A stretch of 64,000 nucleotides of DNA from an uncultured Bacteroidota bacterium (lineage in GTDB: Bacteria; Bacteroidota; Bacteroidia; Bacteroidales; GWA2-32-17): contig CAIQJL010000264.1 of the NCBI GenBank assembly GCA_903872185.1, positions 64,038 to 128,037 of the forward strand, written 5' to 3'. Position numbers and translations under genes: made by a program. Under the pieces are notes generated by a model, which saw only the letters and a program-made list of their open reading frames with translations, was not told where the DNA came from and ran no database searches. This document shows, in pieces, positions 45,350-56,438 of this stretch (position 1 is its first letter; every line of letters begins with the position of its first letter).

Positions 45350-46539
45350 TGTTAGAAATCAATAAAAATGTTTCTGCAAAATTGGAACAAACTGTACTTA
45401 TTAGTGCAATACATCAAAATCAGGACGAAAATCAGGTAAATGAATATTTAGACGAACTGGCATTTTTAGCTTTAACAGCGGGTGCTAACACTATAAAAAG
45501 ATTTACTCAAAAAATTTCAGAACCAGATTCACGAACATATATTGGCAAAGGCAAACTTGACATTATTGCCGCATACATAAAAGAACATAATGTACCATTG
45601 GCAATTTTTGATGATGAGTTAAGTGGATCGCAATTAAGAAATATTGAAAAAATTTTAGAATGTAAAGTACTTGATAGAACAAATTTGATTTTAGATATTT
45701 TTGCCGCAAGGGCACAAACTTCTGCTGCAAAAGTTCAGGTTGAGCTTGCGCAATATCAATATATTTTACCTCGCTTAACCAATATGTGGACCCACCTTGA
45801 ACGACAAAAAGGAGGTATTGGTATGCGTGGCCCCGGTGAAACAGAGCTTGAAACTGACCGAAGAGTTATAAAAGCAAAAATATCTTTGCTAAAAGAACAA
45901 TTAAAAAAAATTGACAGGCAAATGACAACACAGCGTCAAAGAAGAAATGAGCTGGTAAGAATTGCTTTGGTTGGCTATAGCAATGTTGGAAAATCAACTA
46001 TAATGAATTTACTTAGTAAATCAAATATATTTGCTGAAAATAAATTATTTGCAACCTTAGATACTACTGTTAGAAAAGTTGTTATTGGCAATTTACCTTT
46101 TTTAATTTCTGACACTGTAGGTTTTATTAGAAAATTACCACATAGTTTAATAGAAGCATTTAACTCTACCCTCAGTGAAATCCGCGAAGCAGATATTCTT
46201 CTTCACGTTGTTGATATCAGTCACCAGAATTTTGAAGAACAAATTAATATTGTTAATCAGACTTTGCACAGTATTAAAGCATCTGATAAACAAACAATTT
46301 TAGTATTTAACAAAATAGACAATTATTTACCTCCAGATGCGGATGACCTACTTTTTCAAGGACCTCGTAATCTTTTAGAATTAAAAAACAGCTGGATGGC
46401 TAAAAATAATTTCCCATGTATTTTTATTTCGGCAACTAAGAAAGAGAATATCGAAGAATTTAGAAATATAATTTTTCAAAAAATAAAAGACTTACACGTA
46501 ACACGTTACCCTAACGAAAATTTTAATTTTTTTAATTAA
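45349..46539 (+). CDS. hflX: GTPase HflX
   Basis: 396 aa. HflX N-domain (ELAFLALTAGA..., LILDIFAARAQTSAAKVQVELAQ), G1 GYSNVGKST, G3 DTVGF, G4 NKID. Confidence 0.92.
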   Translation: MLEINKNVSAKLEQTVLISAIHQNQDENQVNEYLDELAFLALTAGANTIKRFTQKISEPDSRTYIGKGKLDIIAAYIKEHNVPLAIFDDELSGSQLRNIEKILECKVLDRTNLILDIFAARAQTSAAKVQVELAQYQYILPRLTNMWTHLERQKGGIGMRGPGETELETDRRVIKAKISLLKEQLKKIDRQMTTQRQRRNELVRIALVGYSNVGKSTIMNLLSKSNIFAENKLFATLDTTVRKVVIGNLPFLISDTVGFIRKLPHSLIEAFNSTLSEIREADILLHVVDISHQNFEEQINIVNQTLHSIKASDKQTILVFNKIDNYLPPDADDLLFQGPRNLLELKNSWMAKNNFPCIFISATKKENIEEFRNIIFQKIKDLHVTRYPNENFNFFN

Positions 46540-46549
46540 TAGGTTACAA

Positions 46550-47293
46550 TCATAAAAATAGACTAACTTTTTTTAAATCATCAGGAGTATCAATTGACAA
46601 GGTCTCAATATCTGTGATTTTAGCACTAATGTTATAACCATTTTCAATCCACCTCAATTGCTCTAAAGATTCTGCAATTTCCAGTTTTGATAAAGGAAGT
46701 TTTATTATTTCGTGCAATATATTTGTTCTATATGCGTACAATCCAATGTGTTTATAATAGTTGTTTTTATTAGCCCAATCAATTTGATTAATATTTCTTA
46801 AAAATGGAATTGGTGATCTGCTAAAATATATTGCGAAATTATTTTTATCCAAAACAACTTTGGGTTTATTCGAATCAAAAATATCATTATTATTTGTTAT
46901 TACTTTAACTAAAGTTGAAATTTGTGCATTTTCATCATCAAAACACGAAACAAGTAACTCCAATTGTAAAGGATTTACAAATGGTTCATCGCCCTGTATA
47001 TTTACAACTACATCAAATTCGCTATTTAATTCCTTTGATATTAAATCTAACGCTTCTGCACAACGATCGGTACCACTTGCATGCGAAGCAGATGTCATAA
47101 TAGCCTTACCACCATAACTATTTACATGATCAAAAATTCTTTTGTCATCTGTTGCAACGTACACAAATTCGAATGCTTTTGCAGATTGTTCGTAAACCCG
47201 CATAATCATTGTTTTGCCATTAATATCTACAAGTGGTTTACCAGGAAACCTTGTTGATGCATATCTTGCGGGAATAAGTCCAAGAATTTTCAT
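46550..47293 (-). CDS. kdsB: 3-deoxy-manno-octulosonate cytidylyltransferase
   Basis: 247 aa. GLIPARYASTRFPGKPL, VNIQGDEP, EQLRWIENG. Confidence 0.93.
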   Translation of the reverse strand: MKILGLIPARYASTRFPGKPLVDINGKTMIMRVYEQSAKAFEFVYVATDDKRIFDHVNSYGGKAIMTSASHASGTDRCAEALDLISKELNSEFDVVVNIQGDEPFVNPLQLELLVSCFDDENAQISTLVKVITNNNDIFDSNKPKVVLDKNNFAIYFSRSPIPFLRNINQIDWANKNNYYKHIGLYAYRTNILHEIIKLPLSKLEIAESLEQLRWIENGYNISAKITDIETLSIDTPDDLKKVSLFL

Positions 47294-47314
47294 TATGTTA
47301 AATATTTGAAAAAA

Positions 47315-48547
47315 TTAATGAAAAAATAAATATGCGACAAAAATCGCAGCCAGAATACCGGCTAAATCGGCAATGAGAGCACAAGCCACAGCATGACGAG
47401 TATTCTTTACACCAATAGAGCCAAAATAAACCGCTAAAATGTAAAATGTAGTATCACATGCACCTTGAAAAATACATGATAATCGTCCTTGAAATGAATC
47501 AGCACCAAAAGTTGTCATAGTATCAACCATTAAGCCACGCGCACCGCTCCCACTCATTGGCTTCATAAATGCGGTTGGTAAAGCAGGAACAAAATCGGTA
47601 TTTAAGCCAAGCATAGCAAAAAAATGTCCCAAGCCATTTATCACATAATCCATTGCTCCCGAAGCACGAAATACAGCTACACCAACAAGTATACCTACCA
47701 GATAAGGAATAATTCTAACAGCAATATTAAATCCTTCCTTTGCTCCATCAATAAATGATTCGTAAACATTTACTTTTTTAATAAAAGCGAGAAAAATAAA
47801 TCCTACAATAATTGAAAATATTAACAAATTAGCAACAACTGATGAAACCTGACTTAATTTTTCGGGCGACATAGTTGAAAAATACCAAATTAATCCGGAA
47901 ACTAATAAAGTAAAAGTTCCCAGATAAGCCAACACCACTTTATTAAATAGATTTATTTTCTGAACTATACTAACAGCAATAATTCCTGTTAATGCAGCAC
48001 AAAAAGTAGATAAAAGTATAGGAATAAAAATATCTGCAGGATTTACAGCATGAAGCTGGGTGCGATATACAATAATACTCATAGGAATTATGGTAAGTCC
48101 TGATGCATTTATTACCATAAACATAATCTGAGAATTGGAAGCTGTATCTTTATTTGGATTCAGTTCATGAAGTTCTTTCATTGCCTTTAATCCAAGGGGT
48201 GTAGCGGCATTATCTAAACCAAGCATATTGGCAGCAATATTCATAACAATAGACCCTTGTGCAGGGTGACCTTTTGGAATTTCAGGAAAAAGTTTTGAAA
48301 ACAAAGGACCAACTAGTCTTGATAAAATTTTAATCATTCCTCCGGTTTCTGCAACTTTCATCAAACCCATCCATAATGTCATAACACCGGTCAAACCAAT
48401 TGACAATTCAAAAGCTGTTTTTGAACTATCAAAAGCACCATTCATAATGCTACTAAAAACAGTAAGATCACCGAAGAAAATTAATTTTATGATTGCTACA
48501 ACAAATGCTATTAAAAAGAAAGCAATCCAAATATAGTTTAGTACCAT
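47315..48547 (-). CDS. nucleoside-recognition (Gate) domain membrane protein, SpmA/SpmB-like fusion
   Basis: 410 aa polytopic protein. Two Gate-like halves with NIAANMLGLDNAATPLGLKAM and GSGARGLM motifs. Confidence 0.72.
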   Translation of the reverse strand: MVLNYIWIAFFLIAFVVAIIKLIFFGDLTVFSSIMNGAFDSSKTAFELSIGLTGVMTLWMGLMKVAETGGMIKILSRLVGPLFSKLFPEIPKGHPAQGSIVMNIAANMLGLDNAATPLGLKAMKELHELNPNKDTASNSQIMFMVINASGLTIIPMSIIVYRTQLHAVNPADIFIPILLSTFCAALTGIIAVSIVQKINLFNKVVLAYLGTFTLLVSGLIWYFSTMSPEKLSQVSSVVANLLIFSIIVGFIFLAFIKKVNVYESFIDGAKEGFNIAVRIIPYLVGILVGVAVFRASGAMDYVINGLGHFFAMLGLNTDFVPALPTAFMKPMSGSGARGLMVDTMTTFGADSFQGRLSCIFQGACDTTFYILAVYFGSIGVKNTRHAVACALIADLAGILAAIFVAYLFFH

Positions 48548-48640
48548 AACCTATTTTTAACTCAACATTTAAATTAAGTTTAAAAATAAAACATAAATAT
48601 TATTATAAAATCGATTCAGATTTATAATTTCAAAAAAGTT

Positions 48641-50581
48641 CTAAACATTTTCATTTAAAGTATGCGACCACTTTAACCTATTATGTTTATTGTATGAAAT
48701 CTTACCATGATCTAACAACCATTGAATTACTTTAACTGTCTTTTCTTTTGTACAGTCAACTTTTTCAACAAGTTCATTTAATTCAATAGATTCAACTGAT
48801 AACTCATGTTTAATTTTCTCTAAAATACTATCGAATTCAAAATTACTAAGTCCTAATTCATTTCTCTGTCTACATACATCACAAACCCCACATCGATAAG
48901 GATTTTTTTCACCAAAATACATTAACAACAATTGATTTCTACATTTATTATTTGTAAAAGCATAATTTAGCACATGTTCAATTCTCTTTACCAAACGACT
49001 TTTACGATCTCTATAATTTGCGGGAGAAAATATAACTGATTTATCATCTAATCGATTAACTGTATACATTAAAAACGGACTTTTTTTCCTTGGCAAATAT
49101 TCAATAACATCATACTTGCCCAAATCATGCAAAATTTTAACAAGCTCTTCTTTTGAAATTCCAGCCCGTTTTGACAAAGAATCTTCATCAATTCTTACAT
49201 AATCATTAAAAAGACCAGAATAAGAACGAAGCAAAAATTTTATTACAGCATCATAATTCTCATATTTCAACTGAAAATTATATAGTTGATCCCTATTTGG
49301 TAAAAAATGAAGTCTTGAAGGAGTTTCAATTTCATCAGTTAAAGTCAAATATCCTTCTTGTTCTAAAAGCTTTAAACTATTATATGCAGTTAGAATTTCT
49401 AATTTGTATTGACTTACAAAACCAGCCAGGCTAAATTCAAATTCTCTTTCTCTTCCCGATCCTATTGGAACTTGCAAATAATTACCCAGTGCATTGTAAA
49501 TCTGTCTGATTTTATCAATTGGAGGAAATGAGATTTCAACCTGTTCGGCAAGCTTAATTCTATCAACTTCATTAATAAGCAAAACCGCAAATGAGCGTTT
49601 TTCATCTCTCCCTCCACGACCAGCTTCCTGAAAATATGCTTCAATAGAATCTGGCAAATCCATGTGAACAACAAAACGAACATCGGGTTTATCTATTCCC
49701 ATTCCAAATGCATTTGTAGAAACCATTATTCTACACTTTCCAGATTTCCATTCTTCTTGCTTTTTATTTCTGGTTTGCATATCTAACCCAGCATGATAAA
49801 AATCGGCTGCTATTTTTTGCTTTCTTAGAAAATTTGAAATCTCTACAGTTTTTTTTCTATTTCGAACATAAACGATTCCAGTTCCGGGATTATGAGTTGA
49901 AATTTTAAGTAAATCGGCAAATTTATCTTCGGTATGTTTTACAAAATATGTAAGATTTTTTCTTTCGAAACTTTTTTGAATAGCATTTTTGGTTTTAAAA
50001 AGCAACTTATTCTGAATATCTTCAACAACTTCCGGAGTTGCAGTTGCAGTAAGTGCAAGTACAGGTGTCTTAGGAATTAATTCACGTATTTCTGCAATTT
50101 TTAAATATGCCGGTCTAAAATCATAACCCCACTGAGAAATACAATGTGCTTCATCAATAACTAGAAAATTAACCTTCATTCCTTTAATTTTCTGACGAAA
50201 AACCTCTGTTCCTAACCTTTCTGGTGATAAATACAAAAATTTAAGTTCAGGATCAAAACATGCATTTTCTAAAGCTAAATCAATTTCACGTGGCGACATA
50301 CCAGAGAAAATCATATTTGCTTTAATATTTTTCTTTCGTAAATTCTCTACCTGATCTTTCATTAAAGCAATCAGAGGAGTTACAACCAAACAAATTCCAG
50401 GCTTTACCAAAGCAGGAACTTGAAATGTAATTGACTTACCACCACCTGTTGGCAGTAATCCAAGTGTATCATTACCTTCAAATACAGAAGTTATTATTTC
50501 TTCCTGCAACTCGCGGAATTTTGAATAACCCCAGTATTTTGCTAATATCTCCCTAAAGTCATTTAACTGATTCACTTTCAA
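48641..50581 (-). CDS. RecQ-family ATP-dependent DNA helicase
   Basis: 646 aa. LPTGGGKS, DEAHCISQWGYDFRPAY, LTATAT, FGMGIDKPDVRFV, Zn-binding Cys cluster (CRNQ...CGVCDVC). No obvious HRDC domain. Confidence 0.9.
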   Translation of the reverse strand: MKVNQLNDFREILAKYWGYSKFRELQEEIITSVFEGNDTLGLLPTGGGKSITFQVPALVKPGICLVVTPLIALMKDQVENLRKKNIKANMIFSGMSPREIDLALENACFDPELKFLYLSPERLGTEVFRQKIKGMKVNFLVIDEAHCISQWGYDFRPAYLKIAEIRELIPKTPVLALTATATPEVVEDIQNKLLFKTKNAIQKSFERKNLTYFVKHTEDKFADLLKISTHNPGTGIVYVRNRKKTVEISNFLRKQKIAADFYHAGLDMQTRNKKQEEWKSGKCRIMVSTNAFGMGIDKPDVRFVVHMDLPDSIEAYFQEAGRGGRDEKRSFAVLLINEVDRIKLAEQVEISFPPIDKIRQIYNALGNYLQVPIGSGREREFEFSLAGFVSQYKLEILTAYNSLKLLEQEGYLTLTDEIETPSRLHFLPNRDQLYNFQLKYENYDAVIKFLLRSYSGLFNDYVRIDEDSLSKRAGISKEELVKILHDLGKYDVIEYLPRKKSPFLMYTVNRLDDKSVIFSPANYRDRKSRLVKRIEHVLNYAFTNNKCRNQLLLMYFGEKNPYRCGVCDVCRQRNELGLSNFEFDSILEKIKHELSVESIELNELVEKVDCTKEKTVKVIQWLLDHGKISYNKHNRLKWSHTLNENV

Positions 50582-50690
50582 TTACGATTTTTTAAAATCT
50601 TGTTAAAAAATACAAAAAAATAGAACAGGGAACATCATGTCAGTATTTTTTTTGTAATTTCACGCAATTTTAATATAAATCAGCTTACAA

Positions 50691-52163
50691 ATGTCATTTT
50701 TAGCAGATAAAATTTTAGACGAAGGCTTAACTTTCGATGACGTATTGCTAATACCATCATATAGTGAGGTAATGCCAAGACAAGTTTCATTAAGTTCGCA
50801 ATTTACTAGAAATATCAGCATTAATATTCCTATTGTTTCTGCTGCAATGGATACAGTTACCGACTCAAACCTAGCAATTGCAATGGCTCGTGAAGGAGGA
50901 ATTGGAGTTATTCATAAAAACATGACTATCGAACAGCAAGCTAAAGAAGTTATGAGAGTGAAGCGTGCTGAAAATGGAATGATACTCGATCCAATTACAA
51001 TTAGCAAAGACGGAACAGTTGGAGATGCACTTAATTTAATGAAAGAATATAAAATTGGTGGAATTCCAGTAGTTGACAAAAACAAAATTTTAGTAGGTAT
51101 TGTTACAAATCGTGACTTACGTTTTCAGCAAAATGCAAAACGCCCTATTCAGGAAGTAATGACCTCAAAAAACATTATTACAACATCTCAATCTACAGAT
51201 CTTCATAAAGCGTCTGAAATTTTACAACATCATAAAATCGAGAAATTACCAGTAGTTGATAGCAAAAATAAATTAATTGGGCTACTTACATACAAAGACA
51301 TTACAAAGGCTAAAGATCGTCCAAATTCATGCAAAGATGAAAAAGGTCGTTTAAGAGTTGCTGCAGCTGTTGGTGTAACAGCCGACACAATTGAAAGAAT
51401 TGATGAATTAATAAAAGCTCAGGTTGACGCAATAACTATTGATACTGCTCACGGTCACTCAAAAGGTGTTATTGAAATGCTAAAAAAAGCAAAGAAGAAA
51501 TACCCTTCAATGGAATTTATTGTTGGAAATATTGCAACTAGTGAAGCAGCAAAAATTTTAGTAAAAGCTGGTGCAGATGCAGTAAAAGTAGGCATAGGAC
51601 CAGGTTCTATCTGTACAACAAGAATTATTGCAGGAGTAGGCGTTCCTCAACTTTCAGCAATTTACGAAGTTGCAAAAAGCTTAAAAGGTAGTGGAGTTCC
51701 TGTTATTGCAGATGGTGGAATTCGATACTCTGGCGATATAGTTAAAGCTCTTGCTGCAGGTGCAAGCTCAATTATGGCAGGAAGTCTTTTTGCCGGTGTT
51801 GAAGAGTCGCCAGGCGAAACAATAATTTTTCAAGGAAGAAAATTCAAATCATATAGAGGAATGGGTTCTATTGAAGCAATGCAGAAAGGTTCAAAAGATC
51901 GCTATTTTCAAGATATGGAAGATGACATTAAAAAACTTGTTCCTGAAGGAATTTCTGCCAGAGTTCCATACAAAGGCACTTTATATGAAGTATTATACCA
52001 AATGGTTGGTGGTTTAAGGGCTGGAATGGGTTATTGTGGCTCACAGAATATTGCTGCATTACAAAATGCAAAATTCGTACGGTTAACAAGTGCTGGTGTT
52101 ACAGAAAGTCACCCACATGGTGTAACAATAACCAGTGAAGCACCAAATTATAGTAGAGAATAA
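50691..52163 (+). CDS. guaB: IMP dehydrogenase
   Basis: 490 aa. [10 protein letters not shown], a CBS pair, the catalytic loop [11 protein letters not shown], and GGIRYSGD. Confidence 0.96.
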   Translation: MSFLADKILDEGLTFDDVLLIPSYSEVMPRQVSLSSQFTRNISINIPIVSAAMDTVTDSNLAIAMAREGGIGVIHKNMTIEQQAKEVMRVKRAENGMILDPITISKDGTVGDALNLMKEYKIGGIPVVDKNKILVGIVTNRDLRFQQNAKRPIQEVMTSKNIITTSQSTDLHKASEILQHHKIEKLPVVDSKNKLIGLLTYKDITKAKDRPNSCKDEKGRLRVAAAVGVTADTIERIDELIKAQVDAITIDTAHGHSKGVIEMLKKAKKKYPSMEFIVGNIATSEAAKILVKAGADAVKVGIGPGSICTTRIIAGVGVPQLSAIYEVAKSLKGSGVPVIADGGIRYSGDIVKALAAGASSIMAGSLFAGVEESPGETIIFQGRKFKSYRGMGSIEAMQKGSKDRYFQDMEDDIKKLVPEGISARVPYKGTLYEVLYQMVGGLRAGMGYCGSQNIAALQNAKFVRLTSAGVTESHPHGVTITSEAPNYSRE

Positions 52164-52176
52164 TTAAAACTTAACA

Positions 52177-54183
52177 ATGAATAATAAAATTATGAAACGT
52201 TTCATTAATTTAACAGGTATGATTTTGCTACTTTCTGTAGCAACAGCTTTTGGGCAGACAAACGATGACGATGCAACATTACTCACAATCGATAATGCTA
52301 AGATTACAAAAGGTGAATTTGTCCGTATTTATAAAAAGAATAATACTAAGGACACACAAATTGATAACAAATCACTAAATGATTATTTAGAATTATTTAT
52401 AAACTTTAAATTAAAAGTTTTAGAAGCTGAAAAACTTGGATTAGATACAGCCGAAAGTTTTAAGAAAGAATTAGCTGGTTATAGAAAACAGCTTGCAATT
52501 CCTTATCTTGTGGATAAAGATGTTGACGAAAAATTATTAAGAGAAGCATATGAAAGAAAGAAAACTGCTTTACGTGCTAGTCATATTTTAATAAAACTTA
52601 ATGATAATGCCACTCCTGAAGACACATTAGCAGCATACAATAAAGCCTTAGGACTTTATAATAAAGCTAAGTCAGGTGAAGACTTTGGAAAATTGGCGAA
52701 AGAAAATTCTGAAGATGAAACTACAAAAAACACATTAGGTGATATTAGTTATTTTTCAGTTTTATCAACAGTATATCCATTTGAAACCGCTGCCTACAAC
52801 CTTAAAATAAATGAAATATCAATACCAGTTAGAACCGCTTTTGGATATCACATAATTAAGCTGACCGAAAGAATAACTAATCCTGGCGAGGTAAAAGTTG
52901 CACACATAATGGTTTTAGTACCTAAAGATGCTAAAACAGAAGATGTAAAAAAAGCAGAAGAAAAAATTAATGAAGTATACACAAAACTACAAGCTGGCGG
53001 CGATTTTGGAAAATTGGCAATAGAATATTCAGATGATAAATCATCAGCAAAAAAAGGTGGCGAACTTCCTTGGTTTGGTACAGGCCGTATGGTTCCTGAA
53101 TTTGAATCAGCAGCTTTTGGGTTAAAGAATCAAGGCGATTATTCAAAACCAGTACGCACTGCATTTGGATGGCATATTCTTAAAAAAATAGATAGCAAAC
53201 CAGTAGGAACCTATGAAGAAGTTAAATCTGATTTACAAACAAAACTCACAAAAGACAGTCGCGCACAACAAAGTCGTATTTCATTAATTGGAAGATTAAA
53301 AAAAGAATACAATTATAAATTAAATGAAAAACAATTAGCCGAATTTTATAAAGTTGCAGACACTTCATTATTTTCTGGAAACTGGAAAGCTCAAAAAGCA
53401 GCCTTACTTACAAAACCATTATACACCCTTGGCGACTCAACCTATAGTCAAAAACAATTTGCAAATTATTTAGAAAACACTAGAAAGAAAACGAAAGTTG
53501 AAAATGCAAATCAAGCTGTATTAACAATGTACATCAACGATCATTTCAACAAATTTTCTGAAGAAAAAATAATTGCATATGAAGAAGCCAGATTAGATAA
53601 CAAATATCCACAATTCAGATATTTAATGAATGAATATCACGATGGTATTTTACTATTTGACTTAACGGACAAAATGGTATGGTCAAAAGCAGTTAAAGAC
53701 ACATTAGGGTTGAAAGAATTCTATGAAAAAAACAAAAACAACTACATGTGGGAAAAACGTGCAGACGTAACAACATTTCAATACTCTAACGACAAAACAA
53801 AAGATGAAACCTTAAAACTTATTGAGAAAAAAGTTTCAAAAGGATACTCAAATGATGATATTTTAAAAATGGAAACTAAAAAGGATTCATCTGCTTTATT
53901 AATTATTGAGAATAAACTTTATCAAAAAGGTGACAATACCAATATTGATAAAATTACTTTTAATCCAGAAAGCACTCAAAATAAGACTTACGATATTAAT
54001 GCAGAGAAACATCAAATTTTATATATCAATAAAATTATTGAACCACAGGTAAAATCACTGTCGGAAGCAAAGGGATTAGCAACTGCAGATTATCAAACAT
54101 TTCTTGAGAAAAACTGGATTTCAGAATTACGCTCAAAGCACACCATAACAGTTATCAAAGAAGTTTTATCAACTATAAAATAA
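52177..54183 (+). CDS. periplasmic peptidyl-prolyl isomerase/chaperone with two parvulin domains (PpiD/SurA-like)
   Basis: 668 aa. Signal peptide and two parvulin cores (RASHILIK...AFGYHIIKL and KVAHIMV...AFGWHILKK). Confidence 0.85.
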   Translation: MNNKIMKRFINLTGMILLLSVATAFGQTNDDDATLLTIDNAKITKGEFVRIYKKNNTKDTQIDNKSLNDYLELFINFKLKVLEAEKLGLDTAESFKKELAGYRKQLAIPYLVDKDVDEKLLREAYERKKTALRASHILIKLNDNATPEDTLAAYNKALGLYNKAKSGEDFGKLAKENSEDETTKNTLGDISYFSVLSTVYPFETAAYNLKINEISIPVRTAFGYHIIKLTERITNPGEVKVAHIMVLVPKDAKTEDVKKAEEKINEVYTKLQAGGDFGKLAIEYSDDKSSAKKGGELPWFGTGRMVPEFESAAFGLKNQGDYSKPVRTAFGWHILKKIDSKPVGTYEEVKSDLQTKLTKDSRAQQSRISLIGRLKKEYNYKLNEKQLAEFYKVADTSLFSGNWKAQKAALLTKPLYTLGDSTYSQKQFANYLENTRKKTKVENANQAVLTMYINDHFNKFSEEKIIAYEEARLDNKYPQFRYLMNEYHDGILLFDLTDKMVWSKAVKDTLGLKEFYEKNKNNYMWEKRADVTTFQYSNDKTKDETLKLIEKKVSKGYSNDDILKMETKKDSSALLIIENKLYQKGDNTNIDKITFNPESTQNKTYDINAEKHQILYINKIIEPQVKSLSEAKGLATADYQTFLEKNWISELRSKHTITVIKEVLSTIK

Positions 54184-54222
54184 ATGATTACGGGAAGATT
54201 TTTCTTCCCGTTTTTCTATAAA

Positions 54223-55065
54223 ATGAAAAGTATATACCTGATATTTTTTTTATTTGCTTTTATTTTAGCTTGTTCATCAGAAAAAGTTTCTGAAGAAAAG
54301 CCTATAGCCAGAGTATTTAACGAATACTTATACCCATCGGATTTAAAAGATATATTTAGTGGAATAACATCAAAGCAGGATAGCATTGATCTTGTAAAAA
54401 GTTTTACCGAAAAATGGGCAAAAAAACAAATATTACTTCATCTTGCCGAAGTAAATTTAAATGATGAGCAAATGGATGTCAGCCGCGAGTTAGATAACTA
54501 TAAAACCTCTCTATTAATTTACAAATATCAACAAAGTTTTATTTCACAAAAACTAGATACTATTATTTCTGATCAAGAAATTACAGAGTATTTTAATGCA
54601 CATCCAAACGAATTTTATTTAGAAGAAAATATTGTAAAAGCAGTATTTATAGAATTACCTAAGTCGGCACCAAACCCAGAAAAAATAAAAGCATTATATA
54701 CAAGCACAAAAGAAAAAGATTTAAAAAAGCTAGATGATTATTGTAACAAATACGCTTTTAAGTTTGACAACTTTAAAGACAACTGGATTTCATTTAATTC
54801 AATTTTAAAAATGATCCCTTTTGAGATTTCAGACCAGGAAACGTTTTTAAAGACAAATAAACAAATTGAAGTAAATGATACCAACTACTTTTACTTTGTT
54901 AGCATTAGAGAATTTCAACTTGCAGGTAACTCTGCTCCCATCGAATTTGCCAAAAATATAATTACTCCAATAATACTTACAAAACGCAAGATTGATCTTT
55001 TAAATAAATTAGAAAATAATGCGTTAAAAGACGAATCAAATAAAAAGAACTTCGAAACATATTAA
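54223..55065 (+). CDS. lipoprotein, SurA-N-like chaperone-type helical protein without a recognisable parvulin core
   Basis: The track ORF starts at 54184. ATG at 54223 gives MKSIYLIFFLFAFILACSS (lipobox). No F-G-x-H-I-I motif is seen. Confidence 0.45.
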   Translation: MKSIYLIFFLFAFILACSSEKVSEEKPIARVFNEYLYPSDLKDIFSGITSKQDSIDLVKSFTEKWAKKQILLHLAEVNLNDEQMDVSRELDNYKTSLLIYKYQQSFISQKLDTIISDQEITEYFNAHPNEFYLEENIVKAVFIELPKSAPNPEKIKALYTSTKEKDLKKLDDYCNKYAFKFDNFKDNWISFNSILKMIPFEISDQETFLKTNKQIEVNDTNYFYFVSIREFQLAGNSAPIEFAKNIITPIILTKRKIDLLNKLENNALKDESNKKNFETY

Positions 55066-55068
55066 CTC

Positions 55069-56415
55069 ATGAATAAAAAAACATTTTTCATATTTTCCTT
55101 AATAGCGCTATTTGGTTTCTCGAGCCAAGTCTTTTCACAAGATAAAGTAATAGATCAAATTATAGCAATAGTAGGCAATAATTACATTTTAAAAAGCGAC
55201 ATAGAAGGTCAATTTGTTCAAATGGAAAAGACATATAACAGTGAAGCTGATTTAAAATGCGTTATTCTTGAAGGGCTGCTTTACCAAAGCATATTGCTTC
55301 ATAGAGCAGAATTAGACAGTGTTGTGGTTTCCGACAAGGAAATTGACTCGCAAATAGACAGAAAAATAAAAATGTTTATTTCTCAGGCAGGTTCTGAAAA
55401 AAGGCTTGAAGAATCAATTGGTAAAAGCATTTCGGAAATAAAAATTCTTTTACGCGAATCGTTAAAAAAACAAATGGTAGCAGAAAAGATGATGGATAAG
55501 CTAACTGGTAGCATAAAAGTAACTCCTTCAGAAGTACGTCAGTTTTTTAAAGATATGCCGGCAGATTCTATCCCCTTAGTTAACGAAGAAATAGAATATG
55601 AACAAATAGTTCTGTACCCAACAATTACTGAAAAAGAAAAACTTGCAGTAAAAGCAAAATTAAATGAATTACGAGAAAGAGTATTAAAAGGCGACAAATT
55701 TAGTACTCTGGCTGTTTTATATAGCGAAGACATGCAAAGCGCAACAAAAGGCGGTGAACTTGGATTCCTCGGTCGTGGCGATCTTGTTCCCGAATTTTCA
55801 GCAGTTGCTTTTAAGTTAAAGGATGGAGAAGTTTCAAAAATTATTGAAACTGAATTTGGTTTTCATATTATCCAACTCATAGAAAGACGTGGAGAACAGA
55901 TTAACGTAAGACATATTTTAATTGCTCCAAAAGTTGATCCTGTTTCAGCAGTTTATTGCAGAAACAAATTAGACAGCATATCAAAAATTATTAAAGCAGA
56001 TTCTATTAAATTTAACAAAGCAGCCGAAAAATATAGTAAGGATAACGAAACTCGCTTTAATGGTGGATTAGCCGTTAATCCATACACTAACAATAGTCGC
56101 TTTGATTTAGAACAATTAGATGCTACAACATCATATTGGATAAAAAAATTAAGAGATGGAGAAACAAGTAATCCATTTGAGTTTACTGATGAAAAAGTAA
56201 AAAAATGTTACAAAATCATTAAATTAAAAGCAAGATACCCATCTCACAAAGCTAACTTAGCAGATGATTATCAAAAAATTCAGGAAATAGCAATTGCAAA
56301 AAAGAAACAAGAAATAATGAAAACCTGGATTGAAAAAGAGCAAAAAACAACATACGTTCATATTGACAATTCTTATAAAAACTGCAACTTTACATATAAA
56401 GGTTGGATTAAGTAA
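55069..56415 (+). CDS. SurA-like periplasmic chaperone / peptidyl-prolyl isomerase (one parvulin domain)
   Basis: 448 aa. Signal peptide, SurA N-domain (DQIIAIVGNNYILKSDI) and a parvulin core (EFGFHIIQL, NVRHILI). Confidence 0.85.
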   Translation: MNKKTFFIFSLIALFGFSSQVFSQDKVIDQIIAIVGNNYILKSDIEGQFVQMEKTYNSEADLKCVILEGLLYQSILLHRAELDSVVVSDKEIDSQIDRKIKMFISQAGSEKRLEESIGKSISEIKILLRESLKKQMVAEKMMDKLTGSIKVTPSEVRQFFKDMPADSIPLVNEEIEYEQIVLYPTITEKEKLAVKAKLNELRERVLKGDKFSTLAVLYSEDMQSATKGGELGFLGRGDLVPEFSAVAFKLKDGEVSKIIETEFGFHIIQLIERRGEQINVRHILIAPKVDPVSAVYCRNKLDSISKIIKADSIKFNKAAEKYSKDNETRFNGGLAVNPYTNNSRFDLEQLDATTSYWIKKLRDGETSNPFEFTDEKVKKCYKIIKLKARYPSHKANLADDYQKIQEIAIAKKKQEIMKTWIEKEQKTTYVHIDNSYKNCNFTYKGWIK

Positions 56416-56438
56416 CTTACTTTTTAACAATTAATACG

